Of a stretch of DNA of 64,000 bases, positions 42,195 to 58,290 are shown one piece after another. The stretch lies in assembly GCF_009914755.1 (NCBI RefSeq), contig NC_060925.1. One strand, given 5' to 3'. The stretch comes from the human T2T-CHM13v2.0 reference genome, Homo sapiens. The notes under the pieces are model-generated. The model had not been told where the DNA came from, did not search any database, and saw only the letters and a list, made by a program, of their open reading frames with translations. The translations under genes and the position numbers were made by a program. The first letter of the stretch is position 1. Each line of letters starts with the position of its first letter.

Positions 42195-42564
42195 TAGGTG
42201 TAATCAGGCATCACTGACCAGGATACATTCTAAGAAATGCATCTTTAGGTGATTTCATCATTGAGTGAACATCACAGAGTATACTTACACAAAACTAGAT
42301 GGTGTAGCCTACTACACACCTAAGCTATATGGTATAGTCTGTTGTTCCTAGGCTACAAACCTGTCCAGCATACTAAATACCATATGCCTACTGAATAATT
42401 GCCTACTCTACTGAATACTGTAGGCAATTGTAACTCAATGGTAACTGTTTGTGTATCTAAACATAGAAAAGGTAATGTAAATATATGGTATGAAAATCTT
42501 ATAGGACCACTGTCATATGTGCAGTCCGTTGTTGATTTAAATGTCATAATTTGACATATAACTA
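42195..42564 (+). mobile_element. Tigger3a/MER7A
   Basis: gagtatacttacacaaaactagatggtgtagcctactacacacctaagctatatggtatag...ggaccactgtcatatgtgcagtccgttgttga. Confidence 0.85.
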
Positions 42565-42589
42565 TACTGACATTCTTGCCAATCTAGTT

Positions 42590-42925
42590 CAGTTCTTCAT
42601 TTATTGAAAAACAGACAGACAGAGAGATATGCAGTTTTTACCCTCAAGAAGGTGTCAATAGATTCAGGGAAACTTATCTTACACATATAATGATATAGTG
42701 TGATAAACTGTATTGCAGAGAAAAGTAAAAGGAATGTCTTGGAAACGCAGCTATAGATGCCTATCTCAGTTGGAGGCAAGGGCTCAGGGCAGGTTTTGCA
42801 AAGAAGGCAGTGCCTCAACAGAGTCTTACAGAAAAAAATGAAGAAATTATTCTGGTAAAGAGGGAGATAATCGTGTTCCTGGCAGAGGGAGCCATGGGAG
42901 CTAAGTCAAGTATGCAACAGAAACA
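42590..42925 (-). mobile_element. L2 fragment
   Basis: gttcctggcagagggagccatggga; accctcaagaag. Confidence 0.55.
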
Positions 42926-43328
42926 TCCTTACTGCTACTCCAAGGTCTGCATTGAATACTGAATCCAGATCTGTCACTCTTTGAATACCAGGTCTCTGAG
43001 ACTCTGAAAGCTGCCTGATATGCTTGCCTTTCTTTCTTAAGGAAGCATTCTTAGACAGCCAGTCTTAAAGAGTGTCCTTAGGTACACTTGGTCATGTGTG
43101 TAAAGTTGATAAAGGCTTAATATTCTTTCTCTTAGATGTCAGTTGACAATTCTCCATGGTGTTTCTGCATGTCACCTATCAGCTTTTGTTCCAGGCTACC
43201 TTGTCAAGGATGTTTGTTAAACAAGCAGCCTTCGAAGATAGAGATAGTGTCTTCCTCGAAAACAGAAAACATGTATGTTTCCTGACCTAGCATAATAAAG
43301 ATAATGTCTCCAAAGTTGAGCAGGTTTA

Positions 43329-45392
<2,064 letters not shown>

Positions 45393-46029
45393 AGATATGG
45401 GTTTTTTCATTTGCAGTGTGTACCCACCATGTGCACATCATCACCTAGGTGTGCCACCAAATCTCCCCACTGGGATTTGACAGGTGAAGAGAACCAATGT
45501 AAATATGAAGTTCATGCTGCTTGTTGGCTTGTTGTGCTTTCAATAATAAATAAAGTCCTTTGTCTCTGACCCAGGAGTCTCATATCTCCTGCCAGTATCC
45601 ATGAAATTGTGGCAGGGTAATTTGTTTGGTTCTGAGTGGGTAAAATCTCAGATTTCTCACCACTCTTGATATTCCAGAGATATTTTCATTTTGGAACAGA
45701 AAACGTTCCCCTAAAACAAGGTGATGAATTTCCAATTTGTGTTTTAGAAGGATGAATTTTCTTTATTAAGAATTTCAGACACTAATGAATGATTTTTAAG
45801 CAATAGACCTTTCCATTGTGTCCCTTAACCAGCTTATATGACAGCCTGGGTGGAGTGCTTTGGCACTAGCTCACCTCCTGAAAGTAAAGGACTAAGAATG
45901 TCAGGGTGAGCAAAGCCTTTAGAAGACAACGGATGCATCTCAATATATTGTAAATAAAATGTTCTAGAAGCCTGGCAATATATTGCTAATATATTTTCTA
46001 TTGTTGAACGCATTGTGTCTGGCTCCAGA

Positions 46030-46441
46030 GTATGATCTGTGGTTCAGTTAACTTTATGAGAAACCATACATGTCAAACTCCCTGGCTTCTGAGTAATAAG
46101 GGCTCTGTCATCTCCTAGGGAGTAGTCCTAGTCACATCATCAAAGCTATCTCAGAAGCACAGTGTTCATTTCCAGCCAGTGGGAAAACAGAAAGTGAGTA
46201 CCTGGAAGGCAACCAAATTTCTTTAAGGAAAGTAATGGAAGTTGCATACTTCCCTTCCATTCATACTCTTTTGGGAAATGTGATCATACCTAGTTGCCAG
46301 GAGAACTAGGAAATGTTGCCTTTAACTGAATGCCTCTAGCTGTGTGCCCTGCTAAAATATGGTGGAGTTGAGTGAAGGCTCTACAACCACAGAAAGAAGG
46401 AGAGAAAGAATATTAGGAGACAGTTAGCTGTCTCTTTCACG
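46030..46441 (-). mobile_element. MLT1 (J/K-like) LTR
   Basis: gatcatacctagttgccaggagaactaggaaatg...gaatattaggagacagttagctgtctctttcac. Confidence 0.6.
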
Positions 46442-47489
46442 GACTGAAAATATATTAATAATAATCCACTCTACAGTGAATCTTTGCAATAAACCCAATT
46501 ATCAAAGGTATCCTGGATGAGTCAGTTCCTTAAAACGTCCAACCAGTACATGTGTAGGACCTCAACAAGTGCTTTTTAGTTAACCTGAAGGGTTGAAGAG
46601 GTCCTTTACCTTTATACTATAAGCAGAGCAACTACAACAGCAATTGTGAGTATTCATGATAGGCCCAAGGAAAGATCCAGAGCTGATGCCCACATAGAAA
46701 TGAAAATCCCTTGTGTGCCCTGGCCAGCTAGACTTACTCAGCAGTGAGTACCCTTCACTCACGCTGAAGGGTAGCAGACTCTTCTCTCTCAGCATCACCT
46801 TATTAAAAGCCACTGTTGGAAGGGGTGGTGGGGAGGATGGGGTTAATCCTCCCTTCTGATCTGAGTGAGGCTGATTGGGGGAAGACATTATGATGACAGG
46901 AAAGCATGGGGGGAAACTTTCTTTCTTGGATGCAGGTTGTTCTAGAATAAAAAAGAGAAGTGATGTCCAGTTAAAACTGGTCTGTTTTCTTTCTCAGTAA
47001 TTTATCTAAATAATTCAGCAATATGTTTTCTTGCTTGATGCAGAGGATGCAGTTCAAAAGGTGCCAAGCAGAATTTTACATGATATTTGTAAGAATTTGA
47101 AATGAGTTACTAAATTGGTTTGGATCCCAAGAGTGATTTGAATCTAAGTTTAAAAACAAAACAAAACTAAAAAGACCAACAAGCCCTCCATCAGTATTTA
47201 TATGTATTAAGTGAAAACGTACTCCACGAAATGAAGACTAAGTTGGGAGCCTAGTGTCATCAGCATAGTCCCCATTAACAGCTTATAGCTTGAGGGAAAG
47301 ACACCTCTAACAGCTTAACCCTTCCACAGGCAGCACAATTGCTATCAGCATCTGAAATAAGCCCCTTTCATAGTGTAATTTTATTATGCTGCTTTAGGTT
47401 GTTGGCTGGTTTTGCTCTGTGCTGCCAGTTCTAAAATGACTCTCTCCTCATCTCAGGCATCCTCTAGCTGTATGTTTCTCCTTCCTCTG

Positions 47490-48200
47490 AATTCTCTACA
47501 TGGTGGCTGGAATAATACTTCTAAAACACAAGTCTCATCATGCCACTGCTCTACTTAATTTTCTTCAGTGGCTTCTCCTGGCCAAGGACAGTGCCTGTCA
47601 GTGTTTTTCCCCTGCAATACACAAAATAAATGTCATTTAGAAACAAGAATCCACCTATTGCTGGCCAAAGCCTACTCCTCTCACTTTGTGCCAAGCAAAG
47701 CAAATACTATCACGAATAATTATCAGAAGAGCCTCATGGACATGTAATCAGCTGAACATCTCATTTAATGAGAAAAATATTGCTAAATACTGCCAATTTT
47801 TATTTTTAAAGAGGGACTGGGCTTCCCCTCTTCCCTTCCCCAGGACCATGAGGTTCTTCTCAGTTTCAGGGCCTTTGCAGCCTCTCAGATCTTCACACAG
47901 TTTGCCACACACACTGGCAAAGGCAGATCTCCCCTCCTTCCAGTTTCTACTCTGTTGCCACTTCTTCAGGGACACCTACCCCGACTGTTCCAGTCAACAC
48001 CATCTGTTCCCTTAGGTACTTTAATTTTCTTCCGTGCATTTGTCACTCCCTGCAATTTTATCATGCATTTATTCATTTGCTTATGTGTATTCTCCTTCTG
48101 CTAACAGAATATAAGCTCTTTAAGGGCAAGATTTTTCTTTTATGGCTATATCCCCAGTAACTACAAGAGTAGGTGAAAAATTATATTTGTTGAATAAATA
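47490..48200 (+). mobile_element. L2 3' region (interrupted ~47600-47820)
   Basis: tcagtggcttctc..., cagggcctttgca..., ataagctctttaagggcaag...tatttgttgaataaat. Confidence 0.7.
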
Positions 48201-48516
48201 CATGTTGATACACTATTCACTGTCTCCCAAGCTAGCATTATTTTTATGCCCAAACTTTTAATTGAAGTTTAATATACGTACATAAAAATACATTTACAGG
48301 TCCTAAACTTACAATGTAATGAGTTTCACAAGTTGAACACATCTGTGTAACCAGCACCCAGATCAGAAAACGCATTATCAGCAACCCCAAAGCCCTCTCC
48401 GTACTTCCTTTCAATCACCTACCCCCATCAAAGATAATTATTATCTGAACTTCTAGAGCATAAATTAATTTATTCTGTTTTTGAATTTTATCTAAATAGG
48501 ATTATATTAATAAGTA

Positions 48517-48859
48517 CAGTCATCCCTCAGTATCCATGAGGGATTGGTTTCAAGACCTCCCTCAGATATCAAAATTCACAGATGCTTAAGTTTTTTTATG
48601 TAAAAAGGCATAGTACTTGCATATAGCCTGCCACCTGCACACATCCTCCTACATATTTTAAGTCATCTCTAGATTATTTATAATACCTAATACAATGTAA
48701 GTGCTGAGTAAATAGTTGTTATGCTGTATTGTTTAGGGAATAATAACAAGAAAAAAATCTGTACATGTTCAGTACAGGCACAATTTTTTTCAAATATTTT
48801 TCCATCTGCCGTTGGTTGCATCCATGGATGCAGAACCCATGGATATTGGGGGCTGACCA
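48517..48859 (+). mobile_element. MER2 (Tigger-derived MITE)
   Basis: cagtcatccctcagtatccatgagggattgg...cccatggatattgggggctgac. Confidence 0.85.
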
Positions 48860-49152
48860 CATACACTGTTTTGCATCTGACTTCTTTCATGAATTATATT
48901 TGTGAAATTCTTATATATTGTTATATGTAGTTGTAGTTCGTTCTTTCTCTTTGCTGCATAGCTTTCCACTATATGAATGTGACATTATGTGTCTATCATT
49001 ACCCTGTGTTGATGGCAATGTGGTAGTTTCCAGTTACAGGCTACTACACTCCGTGCTGCTCTGAACTATTCAAGGTCATGGTTTTGGTGCATATAACCAA
49101 TGTGTAACTTAGGAGTGAAATCCTAAGTCATAAAGTTTGCTATACATTCAGG

Positions 49153-50030
<878 letters not shown>

Positions 50031-50184
50031 TTACCATCAGTGTATAAGAGTTCTAGATGCTTTTAGCAGTTCATAATTTCAATGATTATATATTTTTTCC
50101 CTAAATATATCTGATTGTTTTTGATAGTCTCTTGTTCTTTGCTTTCTTTTCTTTTCATTTCTTTGACATTTCATACATAATTAT

Positions 50185-50602
50185 TGTACTGGTTTTCCAG
50201 GACTGCCGTAACAAAGTACCATAGGCTGGGTGGCTTAAACATCAGAAATTTATTGTCTAACAGTTCTGGAGGTTAGACGTCCGAGATCAAAGTGTCTGTG
50301 GGGTTGATTCCCTCTGAGGGCTGTGAGTGGGATCTATTACAGGCCTCTCTCATTGCCTTGTAGATGGCTGTCTTCTGCCTGTGTCTTCACATCATCTCCC
50401 CTCTGTGCAAGACTGTGTTCAAATTTTCTCTTCTTATAAGGACACTAGTCATATTGGATTACAGTTCACTCTAATGACCTCCTTCCCACTTAATTACCTC
50501 TTTAAAGACCCTGTCTCCAAATGTAGACACATACTGAGATATCAGGGCTCAGGATTTCAACATATGAATTTGGGGGAGAGACACATAATTCAGCCTGTAA
50601 TA
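50185..50602 (-). mobile_element. MLT1A/B-type LTR
   Basis: gccgtaacaaagtaccataggctgggtggcttaaac...tcaacatatgaatttggggg. Confidence 0.85.
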
Positions 50603-51679
50603 GGTGTATTATATTATGTCTCTGATAACCCAAATATCTGAAGCTCATAGGGCTCAAATCTTTGATTGGTTATTTCTGTTGATTTTCAAACATATGTTTG
50701 CTAAGATTGAGTTGCTTAAAACCACGAGCTCATGTAAGGTCTGGTTTTCTCCAAAGAAGATCTGAAAAAGTTCCGGATGCCAGAACCTGTTGAATTTCAT
50801 CTGTTAGCTATTTCACTGGCCACAGAGGTCATATAAATTTGAATTCCAAATACCACATGAGAGTAGGTCAATGGTAGCAAATTCCCAGAAGATACCTCTG
50901 TTTTTCCACCTGGCAGAGATAGGCCAGTTTCAGTGTCAATTTCTAGCCTACTCTTTCAGTGAGAGTGTGCACACTTATAGTGTCCCCAGTGAATGTGGGA
51001 GTGACCCATTCAGCTGCCTGCATTGCAGAGGTCTCAGTTTAGTATTCCTCATCCCTGTATGTGTCATTAATCTCCAAAGTTCTATTTTAAGGGTAACTGC
51101 ATTTCTTTCCCCTCCCCCACGCAGGACATCCCCAGGTTGCTGTGCCCCTGGATCCCTCTGGTTTCAGCTCCTGACGATTTAATTTGTAATATTCCTTTAT
51201 TTATTATGTTGTTGGGGTTTACTGGTCTTGGGACAATCCCCTTACTTTTTGCACATTTAGTAATGTATTTATAACTTTTTTGTTTGTTTGATTTTAATTT
51301 ACCCATCATCGAGATGTTTGTCAGCGAGAGATCTTTTCAAAAATATGCAATCTATCATTTTCCCCAAAGCCCGAGTCTATGCTTGACCTCTTAACTTTTA
51401 AGAAAGAAGCGCTTCCTCTTTCTTTCCTTTCTCCTTCCTCTCCTTTCCCTTTTCCTTGGAAATGATGGCCTAGCTGGCACCAGGAAAGGGGTGGAGCTGA
51501 AAGGCTGCAGGACCAAGGAGGGCTGGCTACAGGGTGGGAGGCCCAAGGAGGCAGTGGTGCTGTGGAGGGGGGCAGTGAGACCAGGAAGTGCAACAAGGCT
51601 AGAGAGGCAGCAACAAGGCTGAGGACCAAAGAGACAGCTGCATGACCTAAACGTTGGTGCAGAAGGATTGAACAAATAA

Positions 51680-51860
51680 ATAAGTGTATTGCAAATAATG
51701 GAAATAAGTTTCCCACTGTCAAAGAAAGGATTACAAATATAGAAAGGGGGAAGACTAGAAAGAGCTCTAAGGTGTTAGAGTGGAATGGGAGATATCAGTG
51801 TGAACTCATGGTTTTTAATGGATATATAGATAAATATTGATGTATGTGTGTATAAATATA
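51680..51860 (+). mobile_element. L1MC/MD-type 3'UTR fragment
   Basis: tttcccactgtcaaagaaagga...gatatcagtgtgaactcatggttttt. Confidence 0.55.
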
Positions 51861-51938
51861 TGTATATATATGCATACATGAATGATACCTTTTTAAAGGC
51901 TAAATATATATATGTATATATATGTATATATATATATG
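51838..51938. repeat. (TA)n/(TATG)n microsatellite
   Basis: tatatgtatatatatgcatacatg...atatatatatgtatatatatgtatatatatat. Confidence 0.9.
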
Positions 51939-54900
51939 CACCACTCTTTTTATTCATTCGTCTCTCTATAGATACTAATATTGTTTCCATATGTCAACTA
52001 TTGTGAATAATGCTGTAATAAACATGGAAGTGCAGACATCTCCATTTCCACTCAGTATCTTTGAGATAATGATTTCATTTACTTTGGCTATACACCCAGA
52101 AGTGGAATTTCTAGATCATATGGTAGTTCTATTTTTAATTTTTGGAGGAACCACCATACAGTTTTCCATAATGGCTAAACCAATTTACACTCCTATCAAC
52201 AGCAAATAAGGGTTCCCTTTTCTCCACATTCCTGCCAACACTTATCTTTTGCCATTTCAGCAAACGTGAGGTGATATCTCATTGTGGTTTTGATGATGAT
52301 CAGAGATGTTGAGTACTTTTTCATATACCTGTTGGCCATTTACATGCCTTTGAGAAATTATCTATTCAGGTCCTTAGCCCATTTTGTAATCTGTTTTTTG
52401 TTTTGTTTTGTGTTTTTTTGCTATTGAGTTTTTTAATTCCTTATATACTTTGGATTTTAACCCCTTATCAGGTGTATGGTTTATAAATATTTTCTGCCCT
52501 TCCCATATTGCCTTTTCATTCTGCTGATAGTTTTCTTTGCTGACCATAATAAGCTTTTTAGTTTGGTGTAATCTCATTTGTCTATATTTGCTTTTGTTGC
52601 CTGTACTTTTGCTGTCATATCCAAAAAAATCATTGCCCAGTCCATTGTCAAGAAGCTTTTTCCCTATGTTTTCTTCTAGTCGTTTATAGTTTCAGGCCTT
52701 ATGTTTGAGCCTTTAATCCATTTTGAGTTCATTTTTGTATATGGTATGATAAGGGTCCAATTTCATTCTGCATGTGGATATCCAGTTTTCCCAATATCAT
52801 TTATCGAAGAGACTAGTGTGTGCTCTTCCCTTCCCTAGTGTGTGTTCTTGGCACTTCTGTAAAGATCAAGTGACTTTAAAGGCATAGATTTATTTTGGGA
52901 TCCGTATTCTGTTCCATTTAGTTCATATGTCTTTTTTTATAATGCCAGTATCATGCCATTTTGATTAATGTAGCTTTGTAATATGTTTTAAAATCAGGGA
53001 GAGTGATGCTTTCAGCTTTATTCTTCTTGTTCAATATTACTTTGTCTATTCATGGTCATTTTGGGATCTATATGAATTTTAGAATTTTCTTCTATGTATT
53101 TAAAGATAGCCATTGGGATTTTGATAGGAATTATATAGAATCTGTAGATCACTTTGGGTAGTATGAACATTTTAACAATATTCTTTCTTAATCCATGAAC
53201 TTGGATGTCTTTCCATTTATCCGTGTCTTCTTTAATTTCCTTCACTAATGTTTTACACTTTCAGTATACAAATCATTCAACTCTCAGGTTAAATTTATTC
53301 CTAAGTATTTTAATTTTTATTGCTATTGTGAACAGGATTTATTTCTTAATTTTCTTTTCAAATATTTCATTGTTAGTGTATAAAACTAAACTAATTTCAC
53401 ATTTTGATTTTTGTATCCTGCAACTTTATGGAATTTATTATCTAACAGTTTTATGTTGAGTCTTTAATATTTTCTTCATATACAATCATGTCATCTGCAA
53501 ACAGAATTTTTCTTGTTCCTTTCTTTCAGCTTGAAATAAACTATTATACAATGTCACTTCTTCCTTTCTGGTTCAGATTTTTTTTCCATTTTTCTATTTT
53601 CAGATGTTTATTTCTATTTATTTGGTCTAATTGCACTGGCTAGAACATCCAGTACTTTGTTGAATGTAAGTGGTGAGAGTGGGAATCCCTGCCTTGTACT
53701 GGATCTTAGAGGGAAAGCTTTCAATTTTCATTGATAATGTTAGCCATGGGCTTTTCATATATGGCCTTTCTTGTGTTGAGATAAGTTATTTCTATTTTGT
53801 TGAGAGTTTTAATTATTAATAGATGCCACACTTTGTCAAATACTTTTTCTGTGTCTATTGAGATAATCGTTGTTTTTTTTCTTTCATTTTGTTAATGTGG
53901 TGTATCACATTGATTTATTCATGCATATTGAACCATCCCTGCATCCCAGGGATGAATCCTCCTTGGCCATGATGTATAATCCTTTTAATGTGCTATTTAA
54001 TTTGGTTTGCTAGTGTTTTACTGAGGATATTTGCATCTATGTTCATCAGTAAGTTTTCTTCTGGTGTCTTTGTCTGCGTTTAGTATCAGTGATGCTAGTC
54101 TCATAAAATGAGTTTGAAAGTATTCCCTCTTCTATTTTTATAAAAAGTTGAAGAAAAATCACCATTAATTCTTTAATGTTTAGGAGAATTCACTCATGAA
54201 GCCATCTGGTCCTATGCTTTTTTTTGTTGTTGGGAGGTTTTTGTTTCCCATTTCAGTCTCCTTATTTGTCGTTGGTCTGTTCAGACTTTCTATTTCTTCT
54301 TGATTGAGTTTTGTTAGAATGTATGTTTCTAGAAATTTATCCTTTTCTTCTAGGTTATCCAATTTGTTGGCATATAATTCTTCATAATAGTCCCTTATGT
54401 TCCTTTTTTATTTCTGAGGCATCTATTGTAAAGTCTCCTCTATCATCTCTGGTTCTATTTATCAGTCTTCTCTTTCTTAGTCTAGCTAAAAGATTGTTGA
54501 TTTTGTTTATTTCTGCAAAAAAAAAATCTTGGTTTGTAGATTTTGTATTTTTTTCCATTTTCTATTTTATTTATTTCTGCACTAATCTTTATTATTTTCT
54601 TTCTTCTACTAATTTAGGGCTCAGTTTGTTCTTTCTTTTCTATGTCATTGAGGTATAAAGTTAAGTTATTTATTTGTAATCTTTCTTCTGTTTTAATGTA
54701 AGCATTTAATGTTATAAATTTCCATCTTAGTACTACTTATGCTGCACTGCATAACTTTTGGTATATTGCGTTTCATTTTTGTTCCTCTTAAGATATTTTA
54801 AATAGTCTTTTTTGATTTTCTCTTTGATTCAGTGATTGCTCAAGAGTGTGTTATTTAGTTGCCACATATTTATGAATGCTTTTATTTTCCTACTGTTGTA

Positions 54901-55055
54901 GATTTCTGGTTTCATTTCATTGTGGTTAAAAATAATACTTGGAATGATTTCAATCTTCCTGAATTTGTTAAGACTTCTTTTGTGACCTTACAGGTGGTTT
55001 ATCTTGGAGAATATTTCTTCTGTGCTTTAGAAGAATGTATATTCCCCTGCTGTTG
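51939..55055 (-). mobile_element. L1MA-type ORF2 fragment (~3.1 kb), decayed
   Basis: Minus ORFs [28 protein letters not shown]...[21 protein letters not shown] are L1 ORF2p. Confidence 0.9.
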
Positions 55056-55113
55056 GGAATTCTATTGGAATTCTACTGGAAAATTCCACTGGAATTCTAC
55101 TGGAAAATTCTAC
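55056..55113 (+). repeat. 11/13 bp tandem repeat with 24 bp higher-order unit
   Basis: ggaattctatt ggaattctact ggaaaattccact ggaattctact ggaaaattctac. Confidence 0.9.
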
Positions 55114-55918
55114 ATATATATATGGTATATTTCTGTGTGTATGTATATATACAACATATATACACATATATTTATATATACACACCATACATATACATAT
55201 ATACCATATATACCATATGTGTATATATGTGTATGTATATCTGTATATGTTCTATATATGCCATATATATACCATATATATGGACCATATATATACCATC
55301 CTTATATACCATATATATGGTGCATATATATACCATCTATATATACAGTATACATGTATACACCATATATACCATATATATGTATATATGGTACACATAT
55401 ATGGCATATATATCTGGTATATAAACTATATACATATATACATACATATATGTCTATATGTCATATATGTTTATACATATGGTATATATATGGTATATAT
55501 ATGGTGTATATGTATATATGTTGTATGTGTGTATATATAGTATATATAAATATATGGTATACATATATATGGTGTGCGTATATATATGGTGCATATACTC
55601 ATATATTTTGTACGTATATGGTGTGTATATATGGTGTCTGTGTATATATATGTACATATAGTCTATATGTATATATATACACACATCATATATTTATCTA
55701 TATGTTATGGTGTATATGGTATATATGTATATATGGCATATATGGTATCTCATGTATATACACACACATATGATGCCATATATATGTATAGATGATGTTT
55801 CATATATGTGTGTATATACATGAGATGTCATATACACCATATATACATGTATACCATATACACTATATATACACAACATGTATCTATATGGTGTGTGTGT
55901 GTATATATGTATATATCA
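55114..55918. repeat. Complex ~800 bp TA-rich, quasi-palindromic simple repeat
   Basis: CCATATA-rich blocks alternate with TATATGG-rich blocks; 64 bp inverted repeat 55710-55773 / 55800-55863. Confidence 0.92.
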
Positions 55919-55919
55919 C

Positions 55920-56060
55920 TTATGAGAAAAGAAGGGCAAATGTGGTAAAGCATAAAATGTTAACAATTGGGAAATCTGAATAAAGGGATTTTGAAAATTT
56001 TTTTTAGTGTTCTGTTAGCTTTTGTATGTTTGAATTTTTTAATAATTTAAAAATGTACCC
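55920..56060 (+). mobile_element. L1M 3' terminal fragment
   Basis: gcaaatgtggtaaa...atgttaacaattgggaaatctgaataaaggg. Confidence 0.55.
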
Positions 56061-56869
56061 ATGGATAAAATGAAAAAAAAACATGAAGTGACAATGAAAC
56101 TGCAACTCACAAACACCATGACAATGCATTATCACTACAATCATCAATGTCACAGCAGTACCGGTGGCTCATCATGCTCTGTGACTGAGATAGGATAGAT
56201 GGTGATTTGTGTGCAATTATTGGAGCCACAGTTAAAATTCTACTCCATTGTCTTCCATTCAAGGAAACAAATCAGAATGCAAATAGTCAAGATAGATTAA
56301 AGAAAAGTCAGCCTAGAATATGCTCTAATTCATAAAAGAAACAATGAACCTATAAACCTTGGCATTTCAACTAATATTAGTATCAAATTGTGCCATGATA
56401 GACAAGCATGTTAACCATTTTACAGTTGAGAACAGCTGAGTTAGATTAAATGGTTCCGTACCACTTGAATGGTAAGACTTCCTGTACTTCAAATTTTTTC
56501 ACAGAATAGTACATGAAAGTAATTCCATGGATTTTTCATTCAGTCTATAGATGATGTTTGACCACATATGGATTCTTAGAAACTTTGTTTTTTAGACTGT
56601 CCAATACCCTTTGGATTCATATCTCACCTACTGGGAATTACCACACAAGGATAAAAACTCCTTTAGGATTAATTTTGCACTGACTCCTTGGTCTGATCTA
56701 CTTGGAATTATCCAGACGCATCATACTGCTTGAGAAAGTCATCAGTTTACTCATGTCTTCCCTATGTCAGGAGAACTTATCTCTCCTCTTCCTGCTTGCT
56801 TTAAAAGCTTTTCCATTCTGATGTACTTAGGATTGTTAGATGCCAAATCTCTGATAAACACAAGACAAA

Positions 56870-57235
56870 ATAAATTTTTTTTGGAAGGCTATAGGATAGT
56901 TCCCAAGATTGAATGAATATCAGAAGAACCAGGCTCAGAAAGGGCAGGAACCAGGTCAGCTCCAGAAATCCTATTGGAAAAAAGTGAAACATGAGTACTG
57001 CCACCATGGGGATGAGTCCACTTCTACCAGTCTTTGTTTCCATCTGTGCATCACTCTGCTCAAGCTCTTAAATCCTGGGGAGGGAAAGTGTGATTGGCCT
57101 AGGACATGTCGGCCCACTCATTGGCTAGAGGAGGGCAGGGCCCTTTGATTAAGAATGCCATCTAGCTGACACGAATGTGAAAGAACTAATGCCCCAAAAG
57201 AAAACCAAGAGAATAGATTCTGGGCAGCAAGAAAA
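56870..57235 (-). mobile_element. MLT1 (K/L-like) LTR remnant
   Basis: gtgattggcctaggacatgtcggcccac...gattctgggcagcaa. Confidence 0.5.
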
Positions 57236-57610
57236 CTAACAAAACTTACCTCCAAAATGTTTAAGACTTAGTTCAGGTAGTATCTTTATCAGGTAAAATA
57301 AAAGCATATCAAACCAAAAGTGTACTCACTCTCTCACCCCAAAATGAAGAATACACCAATGTAATATAATATGATTTTTTATTGACTTCTGTCCTCCACC
57401 CAGCTCCTATTCTAAAATCGGGCCAAACAAAAATTCTTATCTTCTTGAGAGGGGCGAGGGGAAAGGTCAAGTTAGAGAATGACTGCCTTATAATCATTTG
57501 GGACTTTCTTAGTTCAGCTTATAGGACATATTGTGTTAGTAATTATTGGTGTATTTCCCATACAACTAATTATTTAGGATATTTTATTTCATAATGACTG
57601 AAAGACCAAC

Positions 57611-57950
57611 TGTTTTAGTTCATTTTTGCTACTGTAATGAAATAACCAAGACCAGATAACTTCTGATCAGAAATATATTGGCTCAGTTCTGAAGGCAGTA
57701 AATTCCAAGATCTAGGAGTTGGCATATGGTAAGGGCCTTCTTGCAGCATCATCCTATGGCAGGAAGCAGAAGGGCAAGAGAGAACAAGAGGAGGATGAAC
57801 TCATCCTGTCATAGTAGCTCCATGCCCATCTATCAGGGTGGAAGCCTCATAAACTAATCGCCCCTTAAAGGTTCTACATCTTAATACTACTACAATAGCA
57901 AGTATATTTCAATATGTGTTTGGGAGGGGACAAACATTCAAACCAGAGCA
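57611..57950 (-). mobile_element. MST/MLT1A-type solo LTR
   Basis: tgttttagttcatttttgctactgtaatgaaataacc...ggggacaaacattcaaaccagagca; TSD ccaac/ccaag. Confidence 0.8.
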
Positions 57951-58041
57951 CCAAGTAATAAATACTATTTTTTCACCAATCTCAAAATAACATAACTTTT
58001 TTTAAGTTTCGGGATCCACTTTTCATGTTATGGTGCTTTAA

Positions 58042-58290
58042 TGTGTGTGTGTGTGTGTATCTATATGTATATAAAGACACATGCATACATACACATATAT
58101 ATATACACATATGCATACATATATAGAAATATATAGACATGCGTACTTGTGCACATTTGTATGTGTACAGATATATACATATATCTGTGTATATATGCAT
58201 ATGTCTATATATATAGTCAGATATATATAGAGAGAGACACACGCGTATCTATCTATCTATATATGTCTATCTACCTATCTATCATCTCTA
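58042..58290. repeat. Compound (TG)n/(TA)n/(TCTA)n microsatellite
   Basis: tgtgtgtgtgtgtgtg...atatatatacac...tctatctatctat. Confidence 0.9.

Noticed and set aside
54859-55983. Long ORFs up to 304 aa (Y/I/C/H-rich)
   Set aside because: Translations of the TA-rich simple repeat; stop-free because of composition.
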